Below are positions 15,567 to 25,471 of a DNA stretch of 32,000 nt, piece by piece (positions within the stretch are counted from its first letter, which is position 1; the number at the start of each line of letters is the position of its first letter). Below the pieces are notes generated by a model, which was not told the origin of the DNA, did no database searches, and was given only the letters and a program-made list of their open reading frames with translations. Origin of the DNA: Moraxellaceae bacterium. GTDB lineage: Bacteria; Pseudomonadota; Gammaproteobacteria; Pseudomonadales; Moraxellaceae. Location: positions 1 to 32,000 of the forward strand of contig JAUSND010000006.1 in NCBI GenBank assembly GCA_030646295.1. The letters are read 5' to 3'. The translations under genes and the position numbers were made by a program.

Positions 15567-18217
15567 CCATTGACGGCAATGTGCACGAGTTTCCGGAAGA
15601 CACCTTGCTGCTGCGTGCCCTGCATGACACCGGCCACGACGTTCCGCACCTGTGTCACGACGATCGCCTGCAGCCTCACGGCGCCTGTCGTCTGTGCATG
15701 GTGGAGGTCGACGGTTGTTCGCGTCCGGTGGCCAGTTGTTCTGCACATGTCACCGACGGCATGGTGATTCATACCGACACAACAGCACTCCGCAATCTGC
15801 GCAAGACCAACCTGTCCCTGCTGGCGGCACACTACCCTGCCAGTGCCGTTGCCCGGGAACCTGACCATGCGTTTCATAAGTTGCTTGATGCCAACGATAT
15901 CCGTGTCGGCGACCTTGAACGCCCCATCGTATTTTCTGACGACAGCCATCCCTATATCGGCATCGACATGGACCGATGCATTCACTGTGACCGCTGCGTG
16001 CGCATCTGTGATGAAGTACAGGGGCAGTTTGTCTGGCAAACCTGGGGGCGCGGCGAACAGACGCACATTGCCCCCAATGACGGCAACTCGCTACTGGACA
16101 GCGGATGTGTCGCGTGCGGTGCCTGCATCGACACCTGTCCGAGCGGCGCACTGTTCGACAAGCGCGCCCGTCCGGCAGAAAAATGGACGCGCTCAACCTG
16201 CGTGTATTGCGGCGTCGGTTGCCAGCTTGAGGTTGGCAGCACGGATGATCGCGTTGTCGCCATCCGTCCCGTGCAGGACAGCCCGGTTAATCGCGGCCAC
16301 TTGTGCGTAAAAGGCCGCTACGCCTTCGAGTTCAATCATGCGCCCGACCGCATGACCTCGCCAATGCTGCGTGAGGGCGATGCATGGCGTACAGCAAGCT
16401 GGGACGAGGCACTGGATCACATTGCCGCACGATTGAATACCATCATTGCCCATGACGGCCCCGATGCCATTGGCGTACTGGGCTCTGCGCGCGCCACCAA
16501 CGAAGACAATTATCTGGCACAAAAATTCGCGCGGGTGGTGATCGGCAGCAACAATGTCGATTGCTGTGCCCGCGTGTGCCACACGCCCAGCGCAAAAGCA
16601 CTCAAGACCATGCTGGGCACTGGTGCCGCCACCAATTCGTTCGATGATATCGAACGTGCCAGCGCCTTCCTGATCTGTGGCGCCAACCCGACCGAGAATC
16701 ACCCCATTGTCGGCGCCCGCATCAAACAGGCCGTGCGCAAGGGTGCAAAACTGATCGTGGTGGACCCCCGCCGTATTGAGCTGGCTGATTATGCGGACCT
16801 GTGGCTGCCGGTGCGGCCCGGCCATAACGTCGAACTGTTCAATGCCATGGCCGCCACCATTATCGAAGAGCGGCTGGTTGATACGGCATTTCTCGACGCG
16901 CGCGTGGATGGCCTTGATGACTACCGTGCACTGGTCGCCGGTTACACGCCCGAAAAAGTGGCCGCATCATGTGGTGTTTCTGCCGGAGACATTCGTGCCG
17001 CGGCACGCCTCTACGCCGGCAGCAAACCGGCCATGTGCTTTCATGGCCTTGGCATGACCGAGCACGTGCAGGGCACCGAAGGCGTAATGACACTGATCAA
17101 CCTGGCGCTGCTCACCGGCAATCTGGGCAAGCCCGGCAGCGGCATCAATCCCTTGCGTGGGCAGAACAATGTGCAGGGCTCGGCACAAATGGGCTGTGAC
17201 CCCGGCTCGCTGACCGGCTCGCAGGACATCCGCAACGCCAGCGTGCGGCAGCGCTTTGAAACACAGTGGGGAGCACCCCTGCCGGAAAATCCCGGCCTTG
17301 ACCTGCTGGCGATGATGGACGCTGCAGCCGACGGAAAACTCAAGGCGCTGTGGGCCTTTGGTTATGACATTTCCCTCACGCTGGCAAACAAGAGCGCGAC
17401 CGATGCGGCGCTGCAAAAAGTCGACATGGTCATTGTGCAGGATCTTTTCCTTAACGAAACGGCGCGCCTGCACGGCACGGTTTTCCTGCCTGCCGCCAGC
17501 GTGTTCGAGCGTGATGGCACTTTCATGAATTCGGACCGGCGCGTACAGCGCGTGCGTGCTGCCGTGCCGCCACCAGGCGAGGCCAAACCGGACTGGTGGA
17601 TCATCCAGCAACTGGCAGCACGCATGGGGCATCCGCAAGGATTTTCATTCAACAATGCCGAAGGCATCTGGAACGAGATTCGTGCTGTTTGGCCCGCAGG
17701 GGCCGGCCTCGGCTATGCGCGACTGGAACACGAAAGCATCAACTGGCCCTGCCCGGATGAAAACCATCCCGGCACCCCGGTCCTGCATCGTGAAAAATTT
17801 GCACAAGGCGAGCGCGCTGCACTGGCCTGCATTCCGTTTGTGGCGACACACGAGCAATGTGATGCCGACCATCCCTTGCTGCTGACCACCGGCCGCACGC
17901 TGTATCACTTCAATGCCGGCACCATGACGTACCGCACACCCAACCGCGAACTGCGCCCGGGCGACACGCTGGACATGTCACCGGTTGATGCGCACAAGCA
18001 CGGGATAAGCGATGGCGAGCAGGTAAGGATTTGCAGCCGTTATGGTGAGGCCGTCTTGCCGGTACGGATCAGCGACCGCATCAAGCCGGGCGAACTGTTC
18101 TGCACGTTCCACCTGCCGGAGTTGCTGGTCAACCGGCTGACGTCGAACGAGCGTGATCGGCTGGTGCATGCACCCGAATACAAGGTGACATCGGTGCGGG
18201 TTGAACGCCTGACCTGA
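15554..18217 (+). CDS. Formate dehydrogenase alpha subunit, molybdopterin, Cys-type (FdsA/FdhF-like)
   Basis: The N-terminus carries 2Fe-2S and 4Fe-4S cysteine clusters (CRLCMVEV, CIHCDRCVRIC, CVACGACIDTCP, CVYCGVGC). The molybdopterin oxidoreductase core has VDCCARVCH, so the active-site residue is Cys and there is no in-frame TGA. Confidence 0.9.
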   Translation: MLRITIDGNVHEFPEDTLLLRALHDTGHDVPHLCHDDRLQPHGACRLCMVEVDGCSRPVASCSAHVTDGMVIHTDTTALRNLRKTNLSLLAAHYPASAVAREPDHAFHKLLDANDIRVGDLERPIVFSDDSHPYIGIDMDRCIHCDRCVRICDEVQGQFVWQTWGRGEQTHIAPNDGNSLLDSGCVACGACIDTCPSGALFDKRARPAEKWTRSTCVYCGVGCQLEVGSTDDRVVAIRPVQDSPVNRGHLCVKGRYAFEFNHAPDRMTSPMLREGDAWRTASWDEALDHIAARLNTIIAHDGPDAIGVLGSARATNEDNYLAQKFARVVIGSNNVDCCARVCHTPSAKALKTMLGTGAATNSFDDIERASAFLICGANPTENHPIVGARIKQAVRKGAKLIVVDPRRIELADYADLWLPVRPGHNVELFNAMAATIIEERLVDTAFLDARVDGLDDYRALVAGYTPEKVAASCGVSAGDIRAAARLYAGSKPAMCFHGLGMTEHVQGTEGVMTLINLALLTGNLGKPGSGINPLRGQNNVQGSAQMGCDPGSLTGSQDIRNASVRQRFETQWGAPLPENPGLDLLAMMDAAADGKLKALWAFGYDISLTLANKSATDAALQKVDMVIVQDLFLNETARLHGTVFLPAASVFERDGTFMNSDRRVQRVRAAVPPPGEAKPDWWIIQQLAARMGHPQGFSFNNAEGIWNEIRAVWPAGAGLGYARLEHESINWPCPDENHPGTPVLHREKFAQGERAALACIPFVATHEQCDADHPLLLTTGRTLYHFNAGTMTYRTPNRELRPGDTLDMSPVDAHKHGISDGEQVRICSRYGEAVLPVRISDRIKPGELFCTFHLPELLVNRLTSNERDRLVHAPEYKVTSVRVERLT

Positions 18218-18233
18218 TTCAGGCTGAACTGAC

Positions 18234-18899
18234 TCAGACAGGACGCGTGATGGTCTTGACGCCGGTCGTGGTGGCCACCAGCAGCACATCGGCCGGGCGC
18301 AGGGCGAACAGCCCGTTGGTGACAACACCGGTGATGTTGTTGATGCGCTCTTCCATCTGGCGCGGCACCGGCATGGGCAGGTTCCAGATATCCAGGATGA
18401 CGTTGCCGTTATCCGTCACGACACCTTCGCGATAGACCGGATTGCCGCCCAGCTTCACCATCTCGCGCGCCACGTAGGAACGCGCCATCGGGATGACCTC
18501 GATGGGCAGGGGAAAACGGCCCAGCTGGTCGACCTGCTTGCTGGCATCGCAGATGCAGACAAACTTCCTGGCCACCGCCGCCACGATCTTCTCGCGGGTC
18601 AGTGCCGCACCACCACCCTTGATCATCTCCAGCGCGGCATTCACCTCATCGGCACCATCGACATAGACGCTGATGCTGCCGACGCTGTTGAGCTCCAGTA
18701 CCTCGATGCCGATCTTGCGCAGGCGCGCGGCCGTGGCCTCGGAACTGGCCACGGCACCGGGGATGTCATCCTTCATGCGGGCAAGGCCGTCGATGAAGAA
18801 ATTGGCGGTGGAACCGGTGCCCACACCCAGAATCTCGCCCGGCTCAACATAGGCCAGTGCGGCTTCGGCAACGGCTTTCTTGAGGGCATCCTGGTTCAT
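18234..18899 (-). CDS. rpiA: Ribose-5-phosphate isomerase A
   Basis: Motifs [21 protein letters not shown] and [14 protein letters not shown]. Confidence 0.9.
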   Translation of the reverse strand: MNQDALKKAVAEAALAYVEPGEILGVGTGSTANFFIDGLARMKDDIPGAVASSEATAARLRKIGIEVLELNSVGSISVYVDGADEVNAALEMIKGGGAALTREKIVAAVARKFVCICDASKQVDQLGRFPLPIEVIPMARSYVAREMVKLGGNPVYREGVVTDNGNVILDIWNLPMPVPRQMEERINNITGVVTNGLFALRPADVLLVATTTGVKTITRPV

Positions 18900-19045
18900 G
18901 GGGCGGGCTCCGGCGGGGAATGAATGGGGTGCTCATTATACGCCTTGTTTGCCAGCGCGGCCTCATCCCGCCCACCCGACAGCGCTTCTACAGCTTGGGG
19001 GCCGGTTGCTGGTAACATGGCCGCTTGCCCTGAAGGTCCGCCGCC

Positions 19046-20572
19046 ATGCCCGAAAGCACTTTGCTGCAAACCTACGTCAAGAAAATCCTGCGTGCCCGCG
19101 TCTACGATGTGGCCATCGAATCGCCGCTGGATGATGCCCGCGCGCTGTCACGCCGCCTGAAAAATCGCGTGCTGCTCAAGCGCGAGGACCTGCAGCCGGT
19201 GTTCTCGTTCAAGCTGCGTGGCGCCTACAACAAGATGGCACAGCTGACAAAGGAAGAGCAGCAGCGCGGCGTGATCTGCGCCTCCGCCGGCAACCATGCC
19301 CAGGGTGTGGCACTCGCCGCGCGCGAGCTGGGCATTCGCGGCACCATCGTGATGCCGCAGACCACTCCCGACATCAAGGTGAATGCCGTCAGGAATCTGG
19401 GCGGCCATGTGGTGCTGTCCGGCGATGCCTATGACGATGCCTACGCCCATGCCGTGAAGCTGGCCGACGAAAAGGGCTACACCTTTGTGCACCCCTACGA
19501 CGACCCCGAAGTGATTGCCGGCCAGGGCACCATCGCCATGGAAATCCTGCGCCAGCACACCGGACACATTGATGCGATCTTTGTACCGGTCGGTGGTGGC
19601 GGCATTGCCGCCGGTGTTGCCGCCTATGTGAAATATGTGCGCCCGGAAACCAAAGTCATTGCCGTCGAACCGGAAGATGCCGCCTGCCTGGCCGCCGCCA
19701 TGAAAGCCGGCAAGCGCGTGAAGCTGGATCATGTCGGCCTGTTTGCCGATGGCGTGGCGGTGTCACAGATTGGTGCCGAGACCTTCAAGGTACTCAAACA
19801 TCACATCGACGAAGTGATCACCGCCAGCACCGATGAAATGTGCGCCGCCATCAAGGATATTTTTGACGACACCCGCTCGATTGCCGAACCGGCAGGCGCA
19901 CTGGCACTGGCCGGCCTGAAGAAATATGTTGCGCGCGAAAAATGCGAAGGCCTCACGCTGATTGCGATTGATTCCGGCGCCAACATGAACTTTGACCGCC
20001 TGCGCCATATTTCCGAGCGCACCGAGCTTGGCGAAAAGCGCGAGGGCATTCTGGCCGTGACACTGCCGGAGAAACCCGGTGCGTTCAAGGCGTTCTGCCA
20101 GACGCTGGGCAAGCGCAACATCACCGAGTTCAACTACCGCTACGCCGACGCACGCGATGCGCATGTCTTTGTTGGCGTGCAACTGCGCAACGGCGATACC
20201 GAACGCGCCGAACTGACCAGCCTGCTGGAAAAGAAAGGCTATCCGGTACTGGACCTCTCCGATAACGAAATGGCCAAGCTGCACATTCGCCACCTCGTTG
20301 GCGGTCATGCCGGGGTGGAAGACGAGCGCCTGTTCCGTTTCGAGTTTCCGGAACGCCCCGGCGCCCTGATGAATTTTCTCACGCGCATCGAGGCCAAGTG
20401 GAATATCTCGCTGTTCCACTACCGCAATCATGGCGATGCCTATGGTCGCGTGCTCGTTGGCCTGCAGCTGGGCGGCCGCCCGGTGAAGGAGCTGATGGAG
20501 TCACTGAAGTCAGTTGGCTATCCCTTCCAGGAAGAAAGCGACAATCCGGCCTACCAGCTGTTCCTGCGCTGA
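19046..20572 (+). CDS. ilvA: Threonine ammonia-lyase, biosynthetic (two ACT-like C-terminal domains)
   Basis: It has FSFKLRGAYN (PLP lysine), ASAGNHAQGVA and VPVGGGG. At 508 aa it includes the regulatory domains. Confidence 0.9.
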   Translation: MPESTLLQTYVKKILRARVYDVAIESPLDDARALSRRLKNRVLLKREDLQPVFSFKLRGAYNKMAQLTKEEQQRGVICASAGNHAQGVALAARELGIRGTIVMPQTTPDIKVNAVRNLGGHVVLSGDAYDDAYAHAVKLADEKGYTFVHPYDDPEVIAGQGTIAMEILRQHTGHIDAIFVPVGGGGIAAGVAAYVKYVRPETKVIAVEPEDAACLAAAMKAGKRVKLDHVGLFADGVAVSQIGAETFKVLKHHIDEVITASTDEMCAAIKDIFDDTRSIAEPAGALALAGLKKYVAREKCEGLTLIAIDSGANMNFDRLRHISERTELGEKREGILAVTLPEKPGAFKAFCQTLGKRNITEFNYRYADARDAHVFVGVQLRNGDTERAELTSLLEKKGYPVLDLSDNEMAKLHIRHLVGGHAGVEDERLFRFEFPERPGALMNFLTRIEAKWNISLFHYRNHGDAYGRVLVGLQLGGRPVKELMESLKSVGYPFQEESDNPAYQLFLR

Positions 20573-20603
20573 AAAGAACACGTCCTTGACGACCCTGCTC
20601 TTC

Positions 20604-20671
20604 GTGGGAGCGGCTTTAGCCGCGAACAGGCGTTGCTTAATGAAAATATTCGCGGCTAAAGCCGCTCCCAC
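20604..20671. repeat. REP-type inverted pair (GTGGGAGCGGCTTTAGCCGCGAA and its reverse complement)
   Basis: Perfect 23-bp arms at 20604-20626 and 20649-20671. Each arm contains the internal palindrome GCGGCT..AGCCGC. The same motif recurs at 24896-24967 and 28978-29000. Confidence 0.8.
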
Positions 20672-20699
20672 ACAGAACAGGCACTGCCGTGCGCACATG

Positions 20700-20725
20700 A
20701 AAAAGCCCGCATCAGCGGGCTTTTT
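20700..20725. terminator. Bidirectional rho-independent terminator between ilvA and rlmI
   Basis: AAAAAGCCCGC-ATCA-GCGGGCTTTTT: a GC-rich stem flanked by an A-run and a T-run, between convergent genes. Confidence 0.8.
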
Positions 20726-20740
20726 CATGTCTCAAAAAAA

Positions 20741-21937
20741 TCAGGCCGGCAGGATGCGGGCAAAAATGGATTTGAGGTATTCGGTTTCCGGGATGGCCGG
20801 ATGAATCGGGTGATCGCCGCCCTGATGGCCGTGATGCACGATCTGTGCAGAGCGATCAATGTGACGCGAAGCGCCACGTACCACATCCACCAGCTCTTCA
20901 CGGGCCAGGTGCATGGAGCAGGAACCGGAGATGAGCAGGCCTTCGCGATTGAGCAGGCGCATGGCCAGTTCGTTGGCGCGGCGATAGGCCAGCAACCCGT
21001 TCTTGTGATCCTTGCGCCGCGTGATGAACGCAGGCGGGTCCAGAATGATCACATCGAACTTTTCGTTGGCCTGCTTGAGCGCGGTCATGACGTCAAAGGC
21101 ATCGCCCTGCTGGATTCTTACCTTGTCGCCAACATCATTGAGCGCGGCATTGCGCTGCACCAACTCCAGTGCAAACGCGGACGAATCCACGCACACCACT
21201 TCACTGGCACCAAACACCGCTGCCTGCACACCCCAGCCACCGATATAGGAGAACACGTCCAGCACGCGCTTTCCCTTTACCCAGTGCGCGAGTTCGGCAC
21301 GTGCATCACGGTGGTCATAGAACCAGCCCGTCTTCTGGCCTTCACGAATCGGCGCAATGAACTTCACACCGTTCTCGATCAGCTCGACTTCATTCGGCAC
21401 TTCGCCGGCGCCCACTTCGACATAACCGGGCATGCCTTCCACTTCACGCATCTTGCCGTTGTTCTTGAACAGGATGCCGCGCGGTGACAATACTTTTTCA
21501 AGCGCCTCGACAATCTCGGCCTTGAGCAGCTCCATGCCAACCGTGGAAATCTGCACCACGCAAACATCGCCAAAACGGTCAATCACCAGACCCGGCAGGA
21601 AATCGCTGTCGCCATAGACCAGACGGTAGAATGGCTGTGGATACAGCGCCTCGCGCAAGCCCAGCGCCACCTGCAGGCGATGCACCAGCAGCGACTTGTT
21701 GAGCGGGTACTTCTCGTCGCGGCTGACCAGACGACCGCAGATGAGCGTGTTGGGATTTACCGTGGCGATACCAAGGCACTTGCCCTTGCTGTCTTCCACG
21801 CGCACCTGTTCGCCGGCGGTGAAATTCTTCAATGGCGTGGCCGCCACATCCACCTCATTGGAATAGATCCAGAGATGGCCTTCGCGCAGACGACGGTCTT
21901 CGTGAACCTTGAGCTTGAGTGTGGCAAGTGCGGACAT
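20741..21937 (-). CDS. rlmI: 23S rRNA m5C methyltransferase RlmI-like (PUA plus class I SAM methyltransferase)
   Basis: It has the N-terminal L+LK...RRL..GH.W+Y.NE pattern, a methyltransferase core (VLDVFSYIGGWG, ILDPPAF) and the C-terminal YLK. The ATG at 21937 is preferred. Confidence 0.8.
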   Translation of the reverse strand: MSALATLKLKVHEDRRLREGHLWIYSNEVDVAATPLKNFTAGEQVRVEDSKGKCLGIATVNPNTLICGRLVSRDEKYPLNKSLLVHRLQVALGLREALYPQPFYRLVYGDSDFLPGLVIDRFGDVCVVQISTVGMELLKAEIVEALEKVLSPRGILFKNNGKMREVEGMPGYVEVGAGEVPNEVELIENGVKFIAPIREGQKTGWFYDHRDARAELAHWVKGKRVLDVFSYIGGWGVQAAVFGASEVVCVDSSAFALELVQRNAALNDVGDKVRIQQGDAFDVMTALKQANEKFDVIILDPPAFITRRKDHKNGLLAYRRANELAMRLLNREGLLISGSCSMHLAREELVDVVRGASRHIDRSAQIVHHGHQGGDHPIHPAIPETEYLKSIFARILPA

Positions 21938-21949
21938 GACGGTTTCCCC

Positions 21950-21989
21950 TGAAAAAACAGACGCCCCCAAGCCTTGCGGCCGGGGGCGT
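21950..21989 (-). terminator. Rho-independent terminator after gcvPB
   Basis: On the - strand the stem ACGCCCCC (21989-21982) / GGGGGCGT (21968-21961) is followed by UUUUUU (complement of the A-run at 21952-21957). Confidence 0.7.
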
Positions 21990-22012
21990 TGCGAACACTA
22001 TGATAGCACTGC

Positions 22013-23479
22013 TTACCGCGTGGCGGCGGCCGGCACCCACTTCAGGTCCAGCTCACGTGCGGCACGCACGTCATCCAGACGGCGCACCGGCAAGGTGTGC
22101 GGCGCACCCTTCACCAACTCCGGCGTGGTACGGGCCTCTTCGCGGATCTTCACCAGCGCCTCAATAAAGGCATCGAGTTCATCGATGGTCTCGGTCTCGG
22201 TCGGTTCGATCAGCCAGCACTCCGGCACCAGCAGCGGGAAGTAGGTGGTGGGCGAGTGAAAGCCGTAGTCGAGCAGACGCTTGGCAAAATCCATCGCGTT
22301 GACGCCCAGCTCTTTTGCTTCCTTCGCAAACGTGATGATGAATTCGTGCGAGGCACGACGCTCGGGATAGGCGAGCTGGAAGCCTTCGGCTTGCAGACGG
22401 GCCATCATGTAGTTGGCGTTGAGCGTGGAGTATTCGCCCACGCGCAGCAGACCTTCACGACCCAGCGCACGACCGTAGTAGAACGCACGCAGCAGTACGC
22501 CGGCGTTGCCCATGAAGGCAGACAGACGGCCAATGCTGGTCGGCAGTTCTTCTTCGCCGATCCAGTAATAGGAACCATCGTCCTTCTTGCCGGCCAGCGG
22601 TGTTGGCAGATAGGGCAGCAGGCGCTCGCCCACACCGACAGGACCGGCACCCGGACCACCACCACCATGCGGCGTGGCGAAGGTCTTGTGCAGGTTCATG
22701 TGCAGCACGTCAAAACCCATGTCGCCCGGGCGCACCTTACCGAGAATGGCATTGAGGTTGGCACCGTCGTAGTACAGCAGGCCACCGGCTTCGTGCACGG
22801 TCCTGGCAATCGCTTCGATCTGCTGCTCGAACACGCCGCAGGTGGAAGGATTGGTCATCATCAGGCCGGCCGTCTGCGGGCCGACGGCCGCCTTCAGTGC
22901 CGCCAGATCAACGTCGCCGTTGGCGAGCACGGGGATTTCACGCACCTTGTAGCCGCACATCACGGCCGTGGCCGGGTTGGTACCGTGCGCGGCTGACGGG
23001 ATCAGCATTTCGGTACGTTCGTGATCCTGCCGCGCCTCGTGATAGGCACGGATCATGGCCACACCGGCAAATTCACCCTGGGCGCCGGCCATGGGCGTGA
23101 GCGACACGCCCTTCATGCCGGTCACTTCCTTCAGCACTTCCTGCAGGTCATGCAGGCAGGCGATGTAACCCTGCGAGTGCGACACGGGAGCGAGCGGATG
23201 ACGCGCGAGAAAACCCGGCAGCATGGCGGCCTTGTGCGCACCACGCGGGTTGTACTTCATGGTGCAGGAACCGAGCGGGTAGAACTGCGTGTCGATGGAG
23301 AAGTTCTTGCGCGACAGGTTGGTGTAGTGACGCACCACCTGCATCTCGCCCACTTCCGCCAGCGCCGGACGCGTCTTGCGACGCAGGCCTTCGGGAATAT
23401 CCGTGAGATCAAAACGCTGACGCGGTGCCTGTGACTGGGCAAAGCGGCCGGAACCGGAACGTTCAAAAATCAGTTTCAT
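22013..23479 (-). CDS. gcvPB: Glycine dehydrogenase (decarboxylating) subunit 2
   Basis: 488 aa, with [10 protein letters not shown] and the PLP region [15 protein letters not shown]. It lies directly downstream of subunit 1. Confidence 0.9.
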   Translation of the reverse strand: MKLIFERSGSGRFAQSQAPRQRFDLTDIPEGLRRKTRPALAEVGEMQVVRHYTNLSRKNFSIDTQFYPLGSCTMKYNPRGAHKAAMLPGFLARHPLAPVSHSQGYIACLHDLQEVLKEVTGMKGVSLTPMAGAQGEFAGVAMIRAYHEARQDHERTEMLIPSAAHGTNPATAVMCGYKVREIPVLANGDVDLAALKAAVGPQTAGLMMTNPSTCGVFEQQIEAIARTVHEAGGLLYYDGANLNAILGKVRPGDMGFDVLHMNLHKTFATPHGGGGPGAGPVGVGERLLPYLPTPLAGKKDDGSYYWIGEEELPTSIGRLSAFMGNAGVLLRAFYYGRALGREGLLRVGEYSTLNANYMMARLQAEGFQLAYPERRASHEFIITFAKEAKELGVNAMDFAKRLLDYGFHSPTTYFPLLVPECWLIEPTETETIDELDAFIEALVKIREEARTTPELVKGAPHTLPVRRLDDVRAARELDLKWVPAAATR

Positions 23480-23483
23480 TGTC

Positions 23484-24848
23484 TCAGGCCTCCATCAGCG
23501 CTTGGTCGAGCGCAGCCACATAACGGGCAATGTCTGCCGGCGTCTTGGTTTCGGTACAGCACACCAGCAGGGCGTTGCCGAGTTCCGGATAATCCGCGCT
23601 CAGGTCATAGCCACCAAGCACGCCATTCTTTGCCATGTGCTCGAGCACGGCAGCCACCGGCTTGGCCAGGCGCAGCACCTTTTCATGGAACACCGGACGA
23701 TTGAACACGCGCTCGATATTGCCCAGTTTGCTGGTGGTCTGCGCCAGCTCACGAATATTGTGATGCGAGGCCAGTGCCACACGCTCCAGCCCTTCGGCGC
23801 CGAGCAGCGCGAGATAAATCGTCGCGGCGGTCATGGCCAGGCCCTGGTTGGTGCAGATGTTCGAGGTCGCCTTGGCGCGACGGATGTGCTGCTCGCGCGC
23901 CTGCAGGGTCAGCGTGAAGCCGGGCTTGCCCTCCAGATCAACCGTGCGGCCGATGATGCGGCCCGGCATCTGGCGCACGAACTCCATCTTGGTGCAGAGG
24001 AAGCCAACATAAGGACCGCCACTGGACAGCGGAATACCGAACGGCTGGCCTTCGCCGACCACGATGTCGGCACCGGTGTCGCCCCATTCGCCGGGCGGTG
24101 CAATGATGGCCAGCGCCATCGGATTGACACAGGCAATCACCAGAATGTTGTGCGCATGCGCCCAGTTGGTGAGTGCGTCCGCCTCTTCCAGTACGCCGAA
24201 GAAATTCGGTTGCGGCACCACGATTGCGGTGTAGTCATCGCTCTCGTACTGCTTGAGCACGGACAGCTCGACGTGACCGCCATGCTTGCTGAACTCGACT
24301 TCCACCACCTCGATGCCCTGCATGGTGACAATCGCTTTCAGCGCCGCGCGGTAGTGCGGATGCACAGCCTTGGGCACCAGCACACGACGCGTTTTGGAAT
24401 GCTTGTTGGCACGCACGGCCATCAGTACCGCTTCGGCCAGGCCGGAAGCACCGTCATACACGGAGGCGTTGCACACATCCATGGCGGTGAGGTTGGCCAT
24501 GGATGTCTGGAATTCGTAAATCACCTGCAGCGTGCCCTGCGAGGCTTCTGCCTGGTACGGCGTGTAGGCGGTGAGAAATTCACCGCGCGATGCCAGCTCC
24601 CATACCGCTGCCGGAATGTGGTGCTCATACGCACCCGCACCGATAAAGCACAGATCCGCCTCGTCGGCACCTGCGCGTTCGCGCATCAGGCGGCTGACGA
24701 CCATTTCGGACTCACCATCCGGAATGCCGGACAGGGTGTTGCCGCGCAGATGGGCCGGAATTTCGTCAAACAGCGTTTCAATGGAGGAGGCCTTGATGGT
24801 CTCCAGCATCTTGCGCACATCGTCATCGGTATGGGGAATAAAGGGCAT
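23484..24848 (-). CDS. gcvPA: Glycine dehydrogenase (decarboxylating) subunit 1
   Basis: It starts [15 protein letters not shown] and contains [14 protein letters not shown]. The ATG at 24848 is preferred over the 14-codon upstream extension. Confidence 0.9.
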   Translation of the reverse strand: MPFIPHTDDDVRKMLETIKASSIETLFDEIPAHLRGNTLSGIPDGESEMVVSRLMRERAGADEADLCFIGAGAYEHHIPAAVWELASRGEFLTAYTPYQAEASQGTLQVIYEFQTSMANLTAMDVCNASVYDGASGLAEAVLMAVRANKHSKTRRVLVPKAVHPHYRAALKAIVTMQGIEVVEVEFSKHGGHVELSVLKQYESDDYTAIVVPQPNFFGVLEEADALTNWAHAHNILVIACVNPMALAIIAPPGEWGDTGADIVVGEGQPFGIPLSSGGPYVGFLCTKMEFVRQMPGRIIGRTVDLEGKPGFTLTLQAREQHIRRAKATSNICTNQGLAMTAATIYLALLGAEGLERVALASHHNIRELAQTTSKLGNIERVFNRPVFHEKVLRLAKPVAAVLEHMAKNGVLGGYDLSADYPELGNALLVCCTETKTPADIARYVAALDQALMEA

Positions 24849-24895
24849 GGCGGGGTCCACAAAAATAGAAGGGACAAACTGGCAAAACACTGTAT

Positions 24896-24967
24896 GTGGG
24901 AGCGGCTTCAGCCGCGAACAGAGTCCTGGAACAGGCCCTCAACATTCGCGGCTGAAGCCGCTCCCAC
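24896..24967. repeat. REP-type inverted pair (GTGGGAGCGGCTTCAGCCGCGAA and its reverse complement)
   Basis: Arms at 24896-24918 and 24945-24967, in the gcvH-gcvPA intergenic region. Confidence 0.8.
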
Positions 24968-24989
24968 CAAAACGGTACGCTCTAACAGA

Positions 24990-25382
24990 TCAGTGCGCTT
25001 CGGCTTCCACCGCAGCGTCATAACCTTCTGCCGACAGCAGATCATCAATTTCTGCAGCATCAACAAAGCGGATCTTGTACATCCAGCCATCGTGATAGGC
25101 ATCGCTGTTGACGATTTCCGGGCTGTCGACCAGCGCAGCGTTCACTTCAATCACTTCACCGGTCAGCGGTGCGTAAATATCGGACGCCGCTTTCACGGAC
25201 TCCACCACACCGGCTTCGTCACCGGCCTTGAGCTGGTCACCCACTTCCGGCAGTTCGATGTAGACCAGGTCACCCAGTGCTTCCTGGGCATGGTCGGTGA
25301 TACCGACAACGGCGATGTCACCTTCGATGCGTGCCCACTCGTGGCTGGCGAGGTATTTCAGTTCGGACGGCGTGTTGCTCAT
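24990..25382 (-). CDS. gcvH: Glycine cleavage system protein H
   Basis: It has Y...HEW....G....VGITD.AQ..LGD.V and the lipoyl-lysine context VESVKAASD. Confidence 0.92.
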   Translation of the reverse strand: MSNTPSELKYLASHEWARIEGDIAVVGITDHAQEALGDLVYIELPEVGDQLKAGDEAGVVESVKAASDIYAPLTGEVIEVNAALVDSPEIVNSDAYHDGWMYKIRFVDAAEIDDLLSAEGYDAAVEAEAH

Positions 25383-25471
25383 GGTGCGTGGCCTCTGGCG
25401 TGATCGCCATTGTCGTTAATCAGGAAAACAGTAGCTGCCCGCTACGGAAATGACAGCGGGCAGTGCAAAAA

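Noticed and set aside
15554-18217. Possible selenocysteine recoding in the formate dehydrogenase alpha subunit.
   Set aside because: The frame is uninterrupted, the active-site position is Cys (VDCCARVCH), and there is no in-frame TGA or SECIS-like hairpin to explain.
9628-20431. Other long antisense or overlapping ORFs in the core region, for example 9628..10224 -, 10309..10908 -, 12971..13837 +, 14053..14544 -, 15063..15746 -, 16193..16825 -, 16967..17638 -, 19148..19732 - and 19763..20431 -.
   Set aside because: Each lies fully inside a strongly supported gene on the other strand or in another frame. Their composition is Arg/Ala/Gly/His-rich and low in complexity, and none shows a recognisable motif.
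20510-20804. ORFs 20514..20804 + and 20510..20728 -, which span the ilvA-rlmI intergenic region.
   Set aside because: They translate the REP palindromes (VGAALAAN on both strands) and the terminator, so they are artefacts of inverted repeats.
22097-25403. Long + strand ORFs antisense to the gcv genes (22097..22996, 299 aa; 23021..23434; 23502..25403, 633 aa).
   Set aside because: These are shadow frames typical of high-GC genes. They are Arg/Gly/His-rich and low in complexity, span two genes plus an intergenic REP, and lie opposite unmistakable gcvPB, gcvPA and gcvH sequences.
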